Below, one piece after another: positions 10,230-20,637 of a stretch of 64,000 bases of DNA (the stretch's first letter is position 1; each line of letters opens with the position of its first letter). Origin of the DNA: an uncultured Verrucomicrobiae bacterium (GTDB taxonomy: Bacteria; Verrucomicrobiota; Verrucomicrobiia; Limisphaerales; UBA11358). A program made the position numbers and the translations under genes. The notes under the pieces are model-generated. The model worked only from the letters and a program-made list of their open reading frames with translations. It was not told the origin of the DNA and did no database searches. Location: the NCBI GenBank assembly GCA_963842445.1, contig CAWJHF010000003.1, positions 143,342 through 207,341 of the forward strand, written 5' to 3'.

Positions 10230-13200
10230 TCAAAACGGAAACACCTTCGCATAAACCTCTCTGATTGCTCTGCGCCATTTGGCCAGCGCCTTTCTGAATT
10301 TATCCGGCGTCGCAAAACCGCAGCGCACCGAGACGCGGTAATATGCCGGCGCATCGTCCGGCAAAACTGTTTCGCCTTCGTAACTCCATCGTCGCAGGAT
10401 GCCTTCGACGCGGCGCAATCGCCGGTAATTCTTAATCAGCTTGTCCCAATCGGCACGTGTGAGCAGTTGGAGTTTACGCTTCGGCGTGCCTTTGGCCGAA
10501 ACACAATCTGAAGATTGAACTCCAATCACATTCCGACCGCGTTCGAGCGCCCGAAGCGTGTTGGCCTCCTGCCAGCCGTGTTCCAGGCACAGCGCCTGTG
10601 CGATAAATTCCGCGTCCATGAAACCGCCCCTGCCGGTTTTAATGGCCAGATCATCCTGACCGCGCGGCGTCCGTTCTTTCTCGATGCGCATCCGCATTTG
10701 GTGGATTTGTTCCTTCCAGTCCAGTGTGAAACAAGCTGGTAATGCAGGACAGGCGTCCTGCCTGTCTCTCTTTTCTCTTTTCCGTTGAGATGGAGACAGG
10801 CGGGACGCCTGTCCTACGTTGGAAAAATCCGTCAACGCCGCCGCTAATTTCTGAAACTGTTCGCCCAATTTCATATCGCCCGCCACCGGACGTGTGCGGG
10901 TGAGCGCTTGGATTTCCCAAAGCTGCGCGCGTTTGCGATAGTATTCTTCGTAGGCCGCCAGCGTATTGACGAGCAGGCCCTTTTCGCCGTCCGGCCGCAG
11001 GCGCGCGTCGGTCTGAAACACCGTCCCCTGCTCCGTCCGACGCGACAGCAAGTCCATCACTTCCACGGCCAGCCGCTGAAATTTCGCCAGCCCCCTCGTT
11101 TTCGCGCCCGCGACAAACACGATGTCGAGGTCGGAGCCGTAATCAATTTCGCAACCGGCCAGTTTGCCGAGACCAATGATGCTGAATGGCGGCGTTTTAA
11201 TTTTATTTTTACGCATCACAACCTCGACCGCATATCGCAAGCAGGCGTCGGCCAGCGCGGAAAGCTCTTCCAGATTCTGCTCGAAATCGGCGAGCCCGAG
11301 GATGTCGCGCAGCCCGAGCCGCATCAACTCGGCCTCGTGATAACGGCGCAGCCAGAGAAACTGGTCTTCGTCGGCGAGGCCATAGCGCAGGTCCTTCAAA
11401 ATTTCCGGCGCGGTTTTGTGCTGGCGCAGGCGGCCACTGTTCACCAAGTCGTCAATCAAATCCGGCGTGTGAATGGCGACCTCAGCCAGAAATTCGGAGC
11501 GATCGAACAACAGCAGCAGCAGCTCAAACGCCGGCGGATTGCTGTTCCACATTTCAAACAACGCGGTGCGCGTGCCGTAAGCCTCAATGAAACTTTCCAA
11601 ACGTGTCAGCACCCGGTCGGGGTCGGAAAGGATTTGCGACCTGGGGACCGTACCCGTATTCGCTGCGTTTCGCCGCATGTTTCGGGCAAAGGGCCAGAAA
11701 TTTCAAAATCAGTTGCCGCACCAGTTCCGTGGTATGCGGTGAGACGTGAACATAACCCGGCCCTTCCGCAAATTCTTTCAACAACCGGACCGCCGACTCC
11801 GGCTCGCGAAACGAATGCGCCGCCAGCAAATCCTTCCATTTCGCCTCCGCGCCATCGAATTCTTCCGGCAGGATTGCCTCCGCCGGTTTTGCCGTTTCCG
11901 CCTTCAGGAGCTGGTCGTAAACCCGGCGCACGTTGCCGGTGTGCGTTTTCAGCGCCGCTTCAAATTCGTCCAAAGACTTGAAGCCCATCAACCTTGCCAG
12001 TCGCAGCCGGGCCGGGTGGTCTTCGGGAATGGTGTGGGTTTGCTGATTTTCCTCCATTTGCAGGCGGTGCTCGACGTCGCGGAGAAAACGGTAGGCGGCA
12101 TCGAGTTGCTGCGCGTCCTCTTCCGCGAGCAATTTATATTGCGCGAGCTTGGCGAGGCACGGAAGCGTTTGCGCGGTTTGCAGAAACGGCAGCCGTCCGG
12201 CGTGCAGGATTTGCAGCGACTGGACGACGAATTCAATTTCGCGAATGCCACCGCGCCCCAACTTGACGTTGCGCTCCAATTCTTCCGCACGCACAACTTC
12301 CCGCTCAATCCGGTCCTTGACCGCGGCAACTTCGCGGAGCACGTCGGCACTCAGCGAAGGCGGGAACCGGAAGGACTGAATCATTTCGAGAAACTCGGCG
12401 GCCAGGCCTTCATCGCCGGCCACACATCGCGCCTTGATGAGTATCATGCGCTCCCACGTCTGGCCCCATTGCGCGTAATAATTTTCGTAACTCTCGAGCG
12501 AACGCGCCAGCGGTCCGGCATCGCCCTCTGGCCGTAACCGCAAGTCAATGCGGAACAAAAAGCCTTCCGCCGTCACCCGCGAAACCTCGGCGGCAAACGC
12601 CTCGGCGAGTTTGTTGAAAAACTGGTGACTGGACAGCGTCGAACGCGGCGCCTTCCCCGGGGTGGGCGGTTCCTTGAAGACCTGTCCTTCATCGTTGTAA
12701 AGAAACAGCACGTCCACGTCGGAACTGTAATTGAGTTCCTGTCCGCCGAGTTTGCCCATGCCGAGCACGCAAAATTCCGTCGGCTGCCAGTTGCCTTCGG
12801 CGTCCTGGTGATAGGGCCGGCCGAACTTTTCAAAAAACTGTTGCCGGCAAATGCGCCAGACGGCATTGAGGCAGACATCCGCCACATCGGAGATTTCCCT
12901 GGTGATTTCGACGACGTTGCCGAGGCGTGCGAGATCGCGCGCGGCAATACGGAGCATTTCGCGTTGCTTGAAGCGGCGCAGTTCCGTGAGCGCGCCGGTG
13001 TAATCGCGCGCGGCAAGTTTTGGCTTCAACCAGCCTTCGACCTCGCGCTGAAATCCCTGCGCCCGGCGCGGATACTTAAGCCGCCCGGCTTCAAGCATCG
13101 AAAGCCAGCCGGGATTGGCGACAAGCAACCCGCCAAGCGCCCGCGAGCCGCTGAACAAGGCAACGAGAATGCGAGCTTGTTCGTCCGACATTTTCTGCAA

Positions 13201-13302
13201 TTCCGCCCCGGCCGGCGTGGCGGACAACAGATCGAGAAAATGGTTCACCCACTGCGGGTCCGCCGCGGATTTGACTACCCTGGCCCAACGCGGATTTTTC
13301 AT
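10230..13302 (-). CDS. glnE: Glutamine synthetase adenylyltransferase GlnE, frameshifted near 11640-11690
   Basis: Two nucleotidyltransferase domains (GMGKLGGQELNYSSDVD, DLRLRPEG; GLGKLAGCEIDYGSDLD, DARLRPDG) split over ORFs 11584-13302 and 10230-11678. Confidence 0.9.
10467..10525. repeat. Degenerate palindromic REP-like element in frame in glnE
   Basis: TTGGAGTTTACGCTTCGGCGTG...CACAATCTGAAGATTGAACTCCAA inverted arms; peptide GVQSSDC..TPKRKLQ. Confidence 0.6.
10744..10817. repeat. GTAG-type REP-like palindrome in frame in glnE
   Basis: GCAGGACAGGCGTCCTGCCTGTCTC...GAGACAGGCGGGACGCCTGTCCTAC; a half copy also at ~60027-60051. Confidence 0.8.
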
Positions 13303-13319
13303 CGGTGAAGCGCCACAAG

Positions 13320-14336
13320 CTAATGCGGCACAGTTTCGAGGGTGACAGGCACGGCGCTGCGTTCGCCAGCGGGCTTCAGTCTTGTGAAAAGCCCGCGCCA
13401 AAAACCGATTCCATAAAGCAAATGCGTCAGCACCATGAGCGGCAATGCGCAGAGGCTGCGGGGAATCCCGCCCCGCGCCATCAAAACTGCGGTTTGTGCC
13501 AGCAACGCCAGCGTGTAAAAGGCGAGCGGTATGAGGCCAATCCAGCCCAAAAACGGCGACGCGACGAGGTAAAGGCAAAACAGTGGCGGCGCGAAATTGA
13601 GGGCGGAGCCGGTCGTGGGATGCTCCCGAAACTGTTCCGCCCTGCCTCGCCCATAGTTTGTCAGCATTTTTGCGAACGCTTTCAGCGTCCGTCGCGGCCG
13701 GCGATAAACAAAAAATCCAGGGTCGTATAACAGCTTTCCACCCTGCTTCCGGATTTCGTCCATCAAGGCGTTCTCCTCGTTGGGATACAACGCTTCATTG
13801 AAACCGCCGAGTTTCAGCATCGTGTCCCGGCGCGCGGCGAGGTTGCAGAGGATTAATTCCTTTTCACTCGTTTCGCGCAGCACGCCGACGCTCGCGTAAC
13901 GGGTGCGGCTTGGGCCGAAGGCAAGCCAGCTTCCGAGCACCAGCGCAAAAACCTGTTCCAGCATTGGCGCGTCCGGCGGACAAAGATTGGGTCCGCCCAT
14001 AATCTGGACCTTGGGATCAAGGAAATGCTCGACCGCCCGACGCAAATTATCGGGCTGTGCCATCGAATCGTCGTCGAGGAAATAAATCCATTCTCCGCGC
14101 GCAGCGCGCATCGCGGCATTGCGTTGGACGGAGGGCTGCCTGCCTCGCGCGATGAGGATTTCGAGCTTGTCATGCGGATAATCGAGCGCGCGAGCCGACG
14201 CTGCGGCCGCGGGTTCGGTCTGGTCGGGCCGCGCAGCGATGATAATCGTTACACCTGGCAAGGTTTCGCTCACGGACAAGAAGCTAAACTTCGGGGTTGC
14301 GGGTTCAAAGTTCAAAGTTTCGGCTAAAGTGTTCAA
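13320..14336 (-). CDS. Glycosyltransferase family 2
   Basis: QRNAAMRAARGEWIYFLDDD, GGFNE..YPNEE, C-terminal TM helices. Confidence 0.85.
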   Translation of the reverse strand: MNTLAETLNFEPATPKFSFLSVSETLPGVTIIIAARPDQTEPAAAASARALDYPHDKLEILIARGRQPSVQRNAAMRAARGEWIYFLDDDSMAQPDNLRRAVEHFLDPKVQIMGGPNLCPPDAPMLEQVFALVLGSWLAFGPSRTRYASVGVLRETSEKELILCNLAARRDTMLKLGGFNEALYPNEENALMDEIRKQGGKLLYDPGFFVYRRPRRTLKAFAKMLTNYGRGRAEQFREHPTTGSALNFAPPLFCLYLVASPFLGWIGLIPLAFYTLALLAQTAVLMARGGIPRSLCALPLMVLTHLLYGIGFWRGLFTRLKPAGERSAVPVTLETVPH

Positions 14337-14419
14337 CCTTCGCTGCCGACGCCGCAGTTGCCCACGAAAAACGTTTTGACAAGCGGCGGGGGCAATTTAG
14401 ATTGCCTGCCGTTCTGGAT

Positions 14420-14495
14420 GGGGTCGTAGCTCAGTTGGTAGAGCACCACAATGGCATTGTGGGGGTCAGGGGTTCGAGCCCCCTCGGCTCCACCA
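14420..14495 (+). tRNA. tRNA-Ala(GGC)
   Basis: GGGGTCGTAGCTCAGTTGGTAGAGC..CCACA-AT-GGC-AT-TGTGG..GGTTCGAGCC..CCA, 76 nt. Confidence 0.96.
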
Positions 14496-14600
14496 GCCTT
14501 CGCTTGGAGCGCAGCGGAAAGCGAAGGCTGCCGCGCCGTAGCGCAGCGAAGGCGGGCTTGCATCAAGCTCCGTTTCGAGCTGCGGCTCGGCAAGCCAGCC
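14496..14600. repeat. Multi-hairpin element directly after tRNA-Ala
   Basis: GCCTTCGCTT...AAGCGAAGGC stem followed by further GC-rich stems. Confidence 0.5.
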
Positions 14601-14635
14601 AAAACAAATGCAATTTACCCGGTTAACATTCTCCA

Positions 14636-15460
14636 ATGAAACATTCAAACCAATCGTCATTAAAAAACAAATGGGTCTTGATCACCGGCGCATCGAGCGG
14701 ATTTGGCGCGGCGGCAGCGCGCGCTTTCGGCGCCGAAGGCGCAAAACTCCTGCTCGGGGCGCGGCGTGTTTACCGGCTGAAAAAAGTCGCCGCCGAAGCA
14801 CGCAAAGCCGGAGCAGCGGAGGCGCAATTCCACACATTGGACGTGTCGAAAACGCCAAGCGTGGAAACGTTCATCATCTGGGTGAAGTCCAAAATCCAAG
14901 ACCCCGGACGCCAGAAGCCAAACCCAACGTGCCTGCACGTCTTGATCAACAATGCCGGCGGCGCACACGGCTTGGACACCGTCGCCAAGGGCAAGGACGC
15001 GGACTGGGAGGCGATGATTCAGTCGAACGTGCTCGGCTTGGTGCGCATGACGCGCGCGGCGCTGCCACTCATGCCTCGTGACGGTGGCGCAAGCATCATC
15101 AACATCGGTTCGGTGGCCGGCCACACGGCTTACGAAGGCGGAGCGGTGTATTGCGCGGCGAAGGCGGGCGAACTGCAAATCACACGCGCTCTGCGGCATG
15201 AATTGCTCGGCACCGGCATCCGCGTCGGCACGGTGGACCCGGGCCTGGCGGAAACGGAGTTTTCCCTCGTGCGTTTCAAAGGCGACACAGCACAGGCGAA
15301 AAAAATCTATGAAGGCATGAATCCTCTGACCGCTGAAGACATCGCAGAAATCCTGGTCTGGGTCGCCAGCCGCCCATCGCACGTGAACATTGATGAGTTG
15401 ATTGTGAAGCCGGTTGATCAGGCGGAAGTGGGAAAGGTTTTTCGCAGGAAAACCGGTTGA
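14636..15460 (+). CDS. Short-chain dehydrogenase/reductase (YdfG-like)
   Basis: TGASSGFG, NNAG, YCAAK, DPGLAETEFS.VRF.GD. Confidence 0.9.
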   Translation: MKHSNQSSLKNKWVLITGASSGFGAAAARAFGAEGAKLLLGARRVYRLKKVAAEARKAGAAEAQFHTLDVSKTPSVETFIIWVKSKIQDPGRQKPNPTCLHVLINNAGGAHGLDTVAKGKDADWEAMIQSNVLGLVRMTRAALPLMPRDGGASIINIGSVAGHTAYEGGAVYCAAKAGELQITRALRHELLGTGIRVGTVDPGLAETEFSLVRFKGDTAQAKKIYEGMNPLTAEDIAEILVWVASRPSHVNIDELIVKPVDQAEVGKVFRRKTG

Positions 15461-15464
15461 TTTT

Positions 15465-16634
15465 TCAAATCCCCCGATTGGCACGCCAGAGCAGCACCGC
15501 GCCGACAGCTTGAAAAATAAAATTTGGCAGCCAGAGAATCAGGTGCGGTACAAATTCAGGCCGGGCGGACAGCGCTTCCCCCAGCATGATGAAAGTGTAA
15601 TAAACCAGCACCAGCATCAGCGCGATGGCGACACCGACATTGGTCTCGCGCCGATGCACGCGAATGCCGAGCGGAATCCCGACGAGCGTGAACCCGAAGC
15701 ACGCGAACGAAAACGCGATTTGCCGGTTCATTTCCACGAGGACCGGCTCGGTCAAATCGCTCCGCTGTTTTTCCGCTTCGCGAAGTTGCGCGCGCAATTC
15801 GTCTGAAGAAGCCTCCACCATAACCGGCAGTGAACCCAATTTTTCCTCCAAATCATGCAGCACCTCGCGCAACTGCCAGAAAGTCATGTCACTGATCTTG
15901 GGTTTGTAAGTCTGGTTCGTCGCCACGTTGAGGTCGAAATTCAAGGTCAGCTCGGGAGACGAACCGATGCTGATGCGCGCTCCGCTGAAAGTGACCGTCC
16001 GCGCGTCGAACAAATGCAGAATGAGTTGCTTGTTTGGCAGGTCCGTCTCGAACCGGCCGCGCGGGGCGCGCAAGGTTGTTTCCGCGTTGGTCTCGTTCCC
16101 GTATTTCAGGATCCGCACGTCCTCCAGATTCCCGTCGTGGTTTTTCGCCGCGTAAAAAATATAACCCGGAAAATCGTTGATGACCTTGCCTTCGGGCAAT
16201 TGCGCCCTGTCCAGATCGGAAAGAAACCGGCTTTTCAGGTTGATGTAGGCGACCCGAGACCAGGGGCCGAGGTCCATGTTGAACCACGCGCTGACACCGC
16301 AGCAAAACAGGCTGAACAACAACACGGGTAAAATAAGCGAGAACAGACTGATGCCGCTCGCGCGGGCCGCGGTCAATTCCTGATCGGCGCTAAATCTCCC
16401 GAACACCAGCAAGGCCGCGGTGATAAATCCCATGGGCAAGGCATAAACGCACGCAAAGGGAATCAGCAGTCCGACGGCCTTCAAGACCAGCCACAAGCTC
16501 ACCTGCCCTTTGACCAGCAAAGGAAGAATTTCATGAAGCACGTTGAAGAGCAGCACCACAAAAGTGAAAACCGTCACCGTCATCAGCAACGAGACGAGGA
16601 TTTCGTGGACCAGGTATTTGTGCAGTATTTTCAC
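15465..16634 (-). CDS. LptF/LptG family LPS export permease
   Basis: 3 TM + periplasmic domain + 3 TM; RFSADQELTAARASGIS, WLPN motifs; GTG start. Confidence 0.88.
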   Translation of the reverse strand: MKILHKYLVHEILVSLLMTVTVFTFVVLLFNVLHEILPLLVKGQVSLWLVLKAVGLLIPFACVYALPMGFITAALLVFGRFSADQELTAARASGISLFSLILPVLLFSLFCCGVSAWFNMDLGPWSRVAYINLKSRFLSDLDRAQLPEGKVINDFPGYIFYAAKNHDGNLEDVRILKYGNETNAETTLRAPRGRFETDLPNKQLILHLFDARTVTFSGARISIGSSPELTLNFDLNVATNQTYKPKISDMTFWQLREVLHDLEEKLGSLPVMVEASSDELRAQLREAEKQRSDLTEPVLVEMNRQIAFSFACFGFTLVGIPLGIRVHRRETNVGVAIALMLVLVYYTFIMLGEALSARPEFVPHLILWLPNFIFQAVGAVLLWRANRGI

Positions 16635-16749
16635 GATGTCGGACGTGCAAAGCGAAAATGCCTGATTCTGCACGCCAATCAAGCGCAACTTCGCATGGAT
16701 AAACTCGGAGCCGAATTGCCGGCGGCGGGGAAAGAATGGGGAACTCGGG

Positions 16750-17322
16750 TCACCAATCTTTGACGGGCTGGTTCTGATTTTCTGGTTTTCCCCGCGGCTT
16801 CAATTGCAGGACCTGTTCGCTGCCTTTTTGCGCGTCCAACAAGCGCTTCGCCTCTTCCGGCGTCATCTGCCCCGCGGCCACCGGCTGGCCCTGTTCATTT
16901 TGATTTTCCTGCTTTTCGCCAGATTTTTGTTCTTGCTGCCCGGCGTTTTTCTGGCCGGATTGGTTCTGTTCGTTCTGCTTTTGCTGCTGTGAATTCTGTT
17001 GGGACGGCTGTTGCTTCTGTTGTTGCTGCTTTTGCCGGCTGTTTGATTTCTGCTGCTGCGATTGATTCTGCTGGTTTTGTTGCGATTGATTGTTTTGCGA
17101 TTGTTGCTGGCTCTGTTGTTTTAACAGCTCATACAACTTTTTCAGTTTCACATCATCGGGATAACGTTTCAGCCCCTCTTCCACCGGCGCCAAGGCTTGG
17201 GGAATGTTGTTGGAAATGTAGAAATGCGCGCCGCTGTTGAAAAAATCATCGGCGGTTTGCGCGCAGGCTGCCTGCCATGCCATCAGCAGGCTAACGCTGA
17301 TTGGGAGCGACAATCGCATCAA
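16750..17322 (-). CDS. Q-rich BatC-tail-like exported protein
   Basis: Signal peptide, long Q/N tract, MTPEEAKRLLDA, C-terminal KDW. Confidence 0.75.
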   Translation of the reverse strand: MMRLSLPISVSLLMAWQAACAQTADDFFNSGAHFYISNNIPQALAPVEEGLKRYPDDVKLKKLYELLKQQSQQQSQNNQSQQNQQNQSQQQKSNSRQKQQQQKQQPSQQNSQQQKQNEQNQSGQKNAGQQEQKSGEKQENQNEQGQPVAAGQMTPEEAKRLLDAQKGSEQVLQLKPRGKPENQNQPVKDW

Positions 17323-19024
17323 TGTCCTTCAATTTTTTGGTGTAATCCTGGAATTTTTTGGCCGCAATTGGATTGTTCAAACTTTCCATGATTTCCAGCG
17401 CGCGGTGATACTCATTGCGCCGGACCGCCTCATCAGCCGCCAGCTTGGCTCTCCGCATCGCTTCGCGCAGTTGCGCGATCAATCCAATCTGCCTCTTCAC
17501 GAACGACAGATTGTAGGCGGCATCCATGTCATTCGTGTTCAATTCAGCCGCGTGCTCATAACATATCACCGCTTGTTGCCAGGTTTCCTCCATCGCATCC
17601 AGGCCTTCTGTGTCCGGCTCGAATTTAAGTTCACCCTGGCGGTACAGCGTGTTGCCCAAATTGTAATACGCCGGCTGTTGCAGTTTCAAATCCGGCGACA
17701 ACGTCGCCGTCTTGAAATCGTTCAACGCCGCGTCAAAATTTGTTGCGCGATACGCCGCCGCGCCCGCGTTGAAGACCAGACGCAAATCGTTCGTGTTCAC
17801 TTGTGCGAGCTGTTCAAATTCCTGCAAAGCGTTCGTGTAATTGCCCGCGTTGTATTCGCGCAATGCGCTCGTGGGTGACGCAGCTGCGTTACTGCAAACA
17901 GCCACCGCCAGCAATGCCACCAGCATTGCGACCGGAACGCCGGCCTCTGCCGCGCCGAAGCTTCCGAGCGAAGGCTGGTCCGGTCCGGCCCGTTTCAATC
18001 GGCCAACCGCCTCACGCCGGGCCGGAGACCGGCGTTCCGGCAAAAACATTTCCGCCAGCAGCAGCAAAACCGCCGCCGCCAGCGGCCAATGAAATTGATC
18101 GTGGTATTGTTTGATTACCAGCTCCTTGTTCTCCGATTTCGGCAGCGGCGCGAGTCCGCGCTCGTAAAGCACGTCCATCGTGTTCGCGCCACGCCAAGGC
18201 AGATAAAACCCGCCCGTTGTCGCAGCGATTTGCTGCAATAGCGTCTCATTCAGATGTGATTTCACCACGTTGCCGTCCGGGTCGCGGATATAATCCGAGT
18301 TGCCATTCGCATCCGTAGTCCGCAACAAGGCGCCTTCCGCCGTTCCGATGCCGATGGTGAAGATTTTCATGCCGGCCTTCGCCGCGTCCTGTGCCGCGGC
18401 GAGTGCGGCGGCTTCGTTGACGTTGTCCTCGCCGTCGGTCAACAGCACCAGCACCCGCTGTCCGCCGCCCTCCTTGAACGCGGTCTGCGCCGTTTGAATG
18501 GCGCCGGCAATCGCCGTGCCGCCCAGTGAAACCGAGTTCACGTCCAGCGCCTGGACGCTTTGCTCAAACGCCGTGTTATCAGTCGTCACGGGACATTCCA
18601 AAAAGGCGTCCCCGGCAAATGCCACGAGGCCGACCCGGTCGGCCTTCGCCGCCCGCGCCAATTCCAGCGCGGCCAGTTTGGCATGTTCGAGCCGGTTCGG
18701 CGCAATGTCCTCGGCCAGCATTGATTTTGAAGTGTCCACGGCGACAACGATGTCCAGTCCGCGCTGCTCGACTTCCTGCAAATCAAACCCGTGCTGTGGC
18801 CGCGCCAGTGCCACAATCAAAAGCGCGATGGCCGAAATCAAAAGGGCGAACCGGATTTTCCGCCGCGCTGGTGAAATGCCAACCGTCAGGCTCGCAAGCA
18901 GCCGTGCCTCGATAAATTGCGTCAGCAGTTTTTGCCGCGCGCGTTCGCGCCACCAGAAAAACAGAGCCAGCGCCGGCGGCAAAACCAGCAGCAGCCAGAG
19001 AATTTGCGGATGCTCGAATCTCAT
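17291..19024 (-). CDS. batB: vWA + TPR protein (BatB with BatC-like TPR)
   Basis: DTSKSM MIDAS, DIAPNRL, TDGED, YNLGN TPR motifs. Confidence 0.85.
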   Translation of the reverse strand: MRFEHPQILWLLLVLPPALALFFWWRERARQKLLTQFIEARLLASLTVGISPARRKIRFALLISAIALLIVALARPQHGFDLQEVEQRGLDIVVAVDTSKSMLAEDIAPNRLEHAKLAALELARAAKADRVGLVAFAGDAFLECPVTTDNTAFEQSVQALDVNSVSLGGTAIAGAIQTAQTAFKEGGGQRVLVLLTDGEDNVNEAAALAAAQDAAKAGMKIFTIGIGTAEGALLRTTDANGNSDYIRDPDGNVVKSHLNETLLQQIAATTGGFYLPWRGANTMDVLYERGLAPLPKSENKELVIKQYHDQFHWPLAAAVLLLLAEMFLPERRSPARREAVGRLKRAGPDQPSLGSFGAAEAGVPVAMLVALLAVAVCSNAAASPTSALREYNAGNYTNALQEFEQLAQVNTNDLRLVFNAGAAAYRATNFDAALNDFKTATLSPDLKLQQPAYYNLGNTLYRQGELKFEPDTEGLDAMEETWQQAVICYEHAAELNTNDMDAAYNLSFVKRQIGLIAQLREAMRRAKLAADEAVRRNEYHRALEIMESLNNPIAAKKFQDYTKKLKDIDAIVAPNQR

Positions 19025-19992
19025 GGCAACCTCCGTAAAATAGTTTGTCCCAGCATCACCTCGACCAGCAGCAACGCCAGTCCGCACGCGACCCCCCACG
19101 GAAACAATTCCTTGAACTCCGTGTATTTGCTGATGACTGCTTCGGTTTTCTCCAATTTATCAATGTCCGCGTAAATGGCCTTGAGTTCTTCCGTGTTATT
19201 GGCGCGATAAAATTTGCCACTGGCAATTTGGGCAATTTGCCGCAACGCGTCCTCGTCCGGCAAATAATCCTGCGACAATCCCATCGCCTGCACCATTTCC
19301 CGGTTGCCCAATCCAATGGTGTAGATTTTGATGCCGACCACTGCTGCCGCCCTCGCCGCCGTGAACGGATCAACTTCGCCTGAATTGTTTCCACCATCAG
19401 TCATCAGGATGACGACTTTGCTCTTGGCCTTCAGGTCGCGCAGGCGGTTGAGCGCTGTCGTCAATCCATCACCAATCGCCGTGCGGTCTGGATTGATCAC
19501 CCCGATGTCAAGCCGGTCCAGGTCTTCAGTCAAAAAATCATGATCCAGCGTCAGCGGCGTCGCGATGAACGCGTGCGTGGCAAAAACCACCAACCCGATC
19601 CGATCATTCGGCCGGCCCTCAATAAATTTATTCAAAACGGCCTGCGCTACGTCAAAGCGGCTGATGCGTTGGCCCCCCTTGATGTAATCCGGGGTGGTCA
19701 TGCTGCCGGACATATCGAGTGTCACCACAATGTCAATGCCGCTCGCCTTCACCTCCGTCGTGCTCTTTGCCAGACGCGGTTGCGCCAGCGCGACGATGAA
19801 TAACGCCAGCGCCAACCAGCGCAAAGCCGTCAGAAGTGCGCCGGCACGCGAACGCCGGACGCTCGTCAAGCCTTTCATCAGTTGCAGTGACGAATATAAA
19901 AACGCCGGTTGCGAACCGCGCCAGCCTTTCAGCCACGCCAGCAATGGCAGCAACAGGAGCAACAGCAAAAAATATGGATGAGCGAAGGTCAT
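19021..19992 (-). CDS. batA: vWA domain protein BatA
   Basis: ALAQP, DMSGSM, DRIGLVVF, TAIGDGL, TDG, IDKLEK. Confidence 0.9.
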   Translation of the reverse strand: MTFAHPYFLLLLLLLPLLAWLKGWRGSQPAFLYSSLQLMKGLTSVRRSRAGALLTALRWLALALFIVALAQPRLAKSTTEVKASGIDIVVTLDMSGSMTTPDYIKGGQRISRFDVAQAVLNKFIEGRPNDRIGLVVFATHAFIATPLTLDHDFLTEDLDRLDIGVINPDRTAIGDGLTTALNRLRDLKAKSKVVILMTDGGNNSGEVDPFTAARAAAVVGIKIYTIGLGNREMVQAMGLSQDYLPDEDALRQIAQIASGKFYRANNTEELKAIYADIDKLEKTEAVISKYTEFKELFPWGVACGLALLLVEVMLGQTILRRLP

Positions 19993-20537
19993 TGACTAAC
20001 ATCCTGGGTCTGGAGTCCGGGTTCCGGAGTTTCCACCGGCGGCAGTTCCGGTTTTGGTTCGGTTTCTTCAACGAGCCGAAGCGCAGCGGAATGCAATTCA
20101 CGCAATTCCTGTTCGCCCGGTTCGTATTTGGCGAACTTCACGAGGTCGCAGCTCTCCAGAAATTCGCCCAGTTTTTCCTTCTGCTCCGCCATCAACCGGT
20201 CGGTGGATTGCAATTCATGCAAAAATTCCTCGGTCGTCCGCTCCGGCGCGCGAAAATCAAATCGTTCTTCGAGATAAAACCGGATCGTGTCCGAAACCAG
20301 AATGCAGAATTCCTTTGGCTGTGAAATCAACGCCAGCGCTTCCTCCAGCTTTTGTTTCGCGCGGACATGCGCCGGTACGGGTGGCTCGACTGAAATTTGC
20401 GAGCGCCGTTTTTGCCGCCAATTCCAGACGAAAACAAGGACGGCGGCCAGCGCAACCAGCGTCCACCAAAGCCATTCCCAGCCATTCGGAATCACCAACG
20501 GCGGCTTGATGTCGCGGATGTCGTTCGCGTTGGTCAT
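19989..20537 (-). CDS. bat-operon membrane-anchored protein (DUF4381-like)
   Basis: DIRDIKPP, one TM, ERTTEEFL, DLVKFAKY; usual position between DUF58 and batA. Confidence 0.75.
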   Translation of the reverse strand: MTNANDIRDIKPPLVIPNGWEWLWWTLVALAAVLVFVWNWRQKRRSQISVEPPVPAHVRAKQKLEEALALISQPKEFCILVSDTIRFYLEERFDFRAPERTTEEFLHELQSTDRLMAEQKEKLGEFLESCDLVKFAKYEPGEQELRELHSAALRLVEETEPKPELPPVETPEPGLQTQDVSQ

Positions 20538-20549
20538 GGTCTTGTTACC

Positions 20550-20617
20550 GTAGGAGCCGACATAAGGAGGCTCTGACTCTCCCTTTTAAGAACGAGACTC
20601 CTCACGTCCTCTTCCAC
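20550..20617. repeat. REP-like doublet, family GTAGGAG.CGA.GT.A.GAG.CTC (copy 1 of 4)
   Basis: Inverted arms; related copies at 26127-26218, 61745-61817 and 63494-63568. Confidence 0.75.
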
Positions 20618-20637
20618 AAAGTTCAAATGCCTTTGGC

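Noticed and set aside
14496-14635. Possible island integrated at the tRNA-Ala 3' end
   Set aside because: Only a short hairpin element follows; no integrase and no duplicated tRNA 3' end seen in the window
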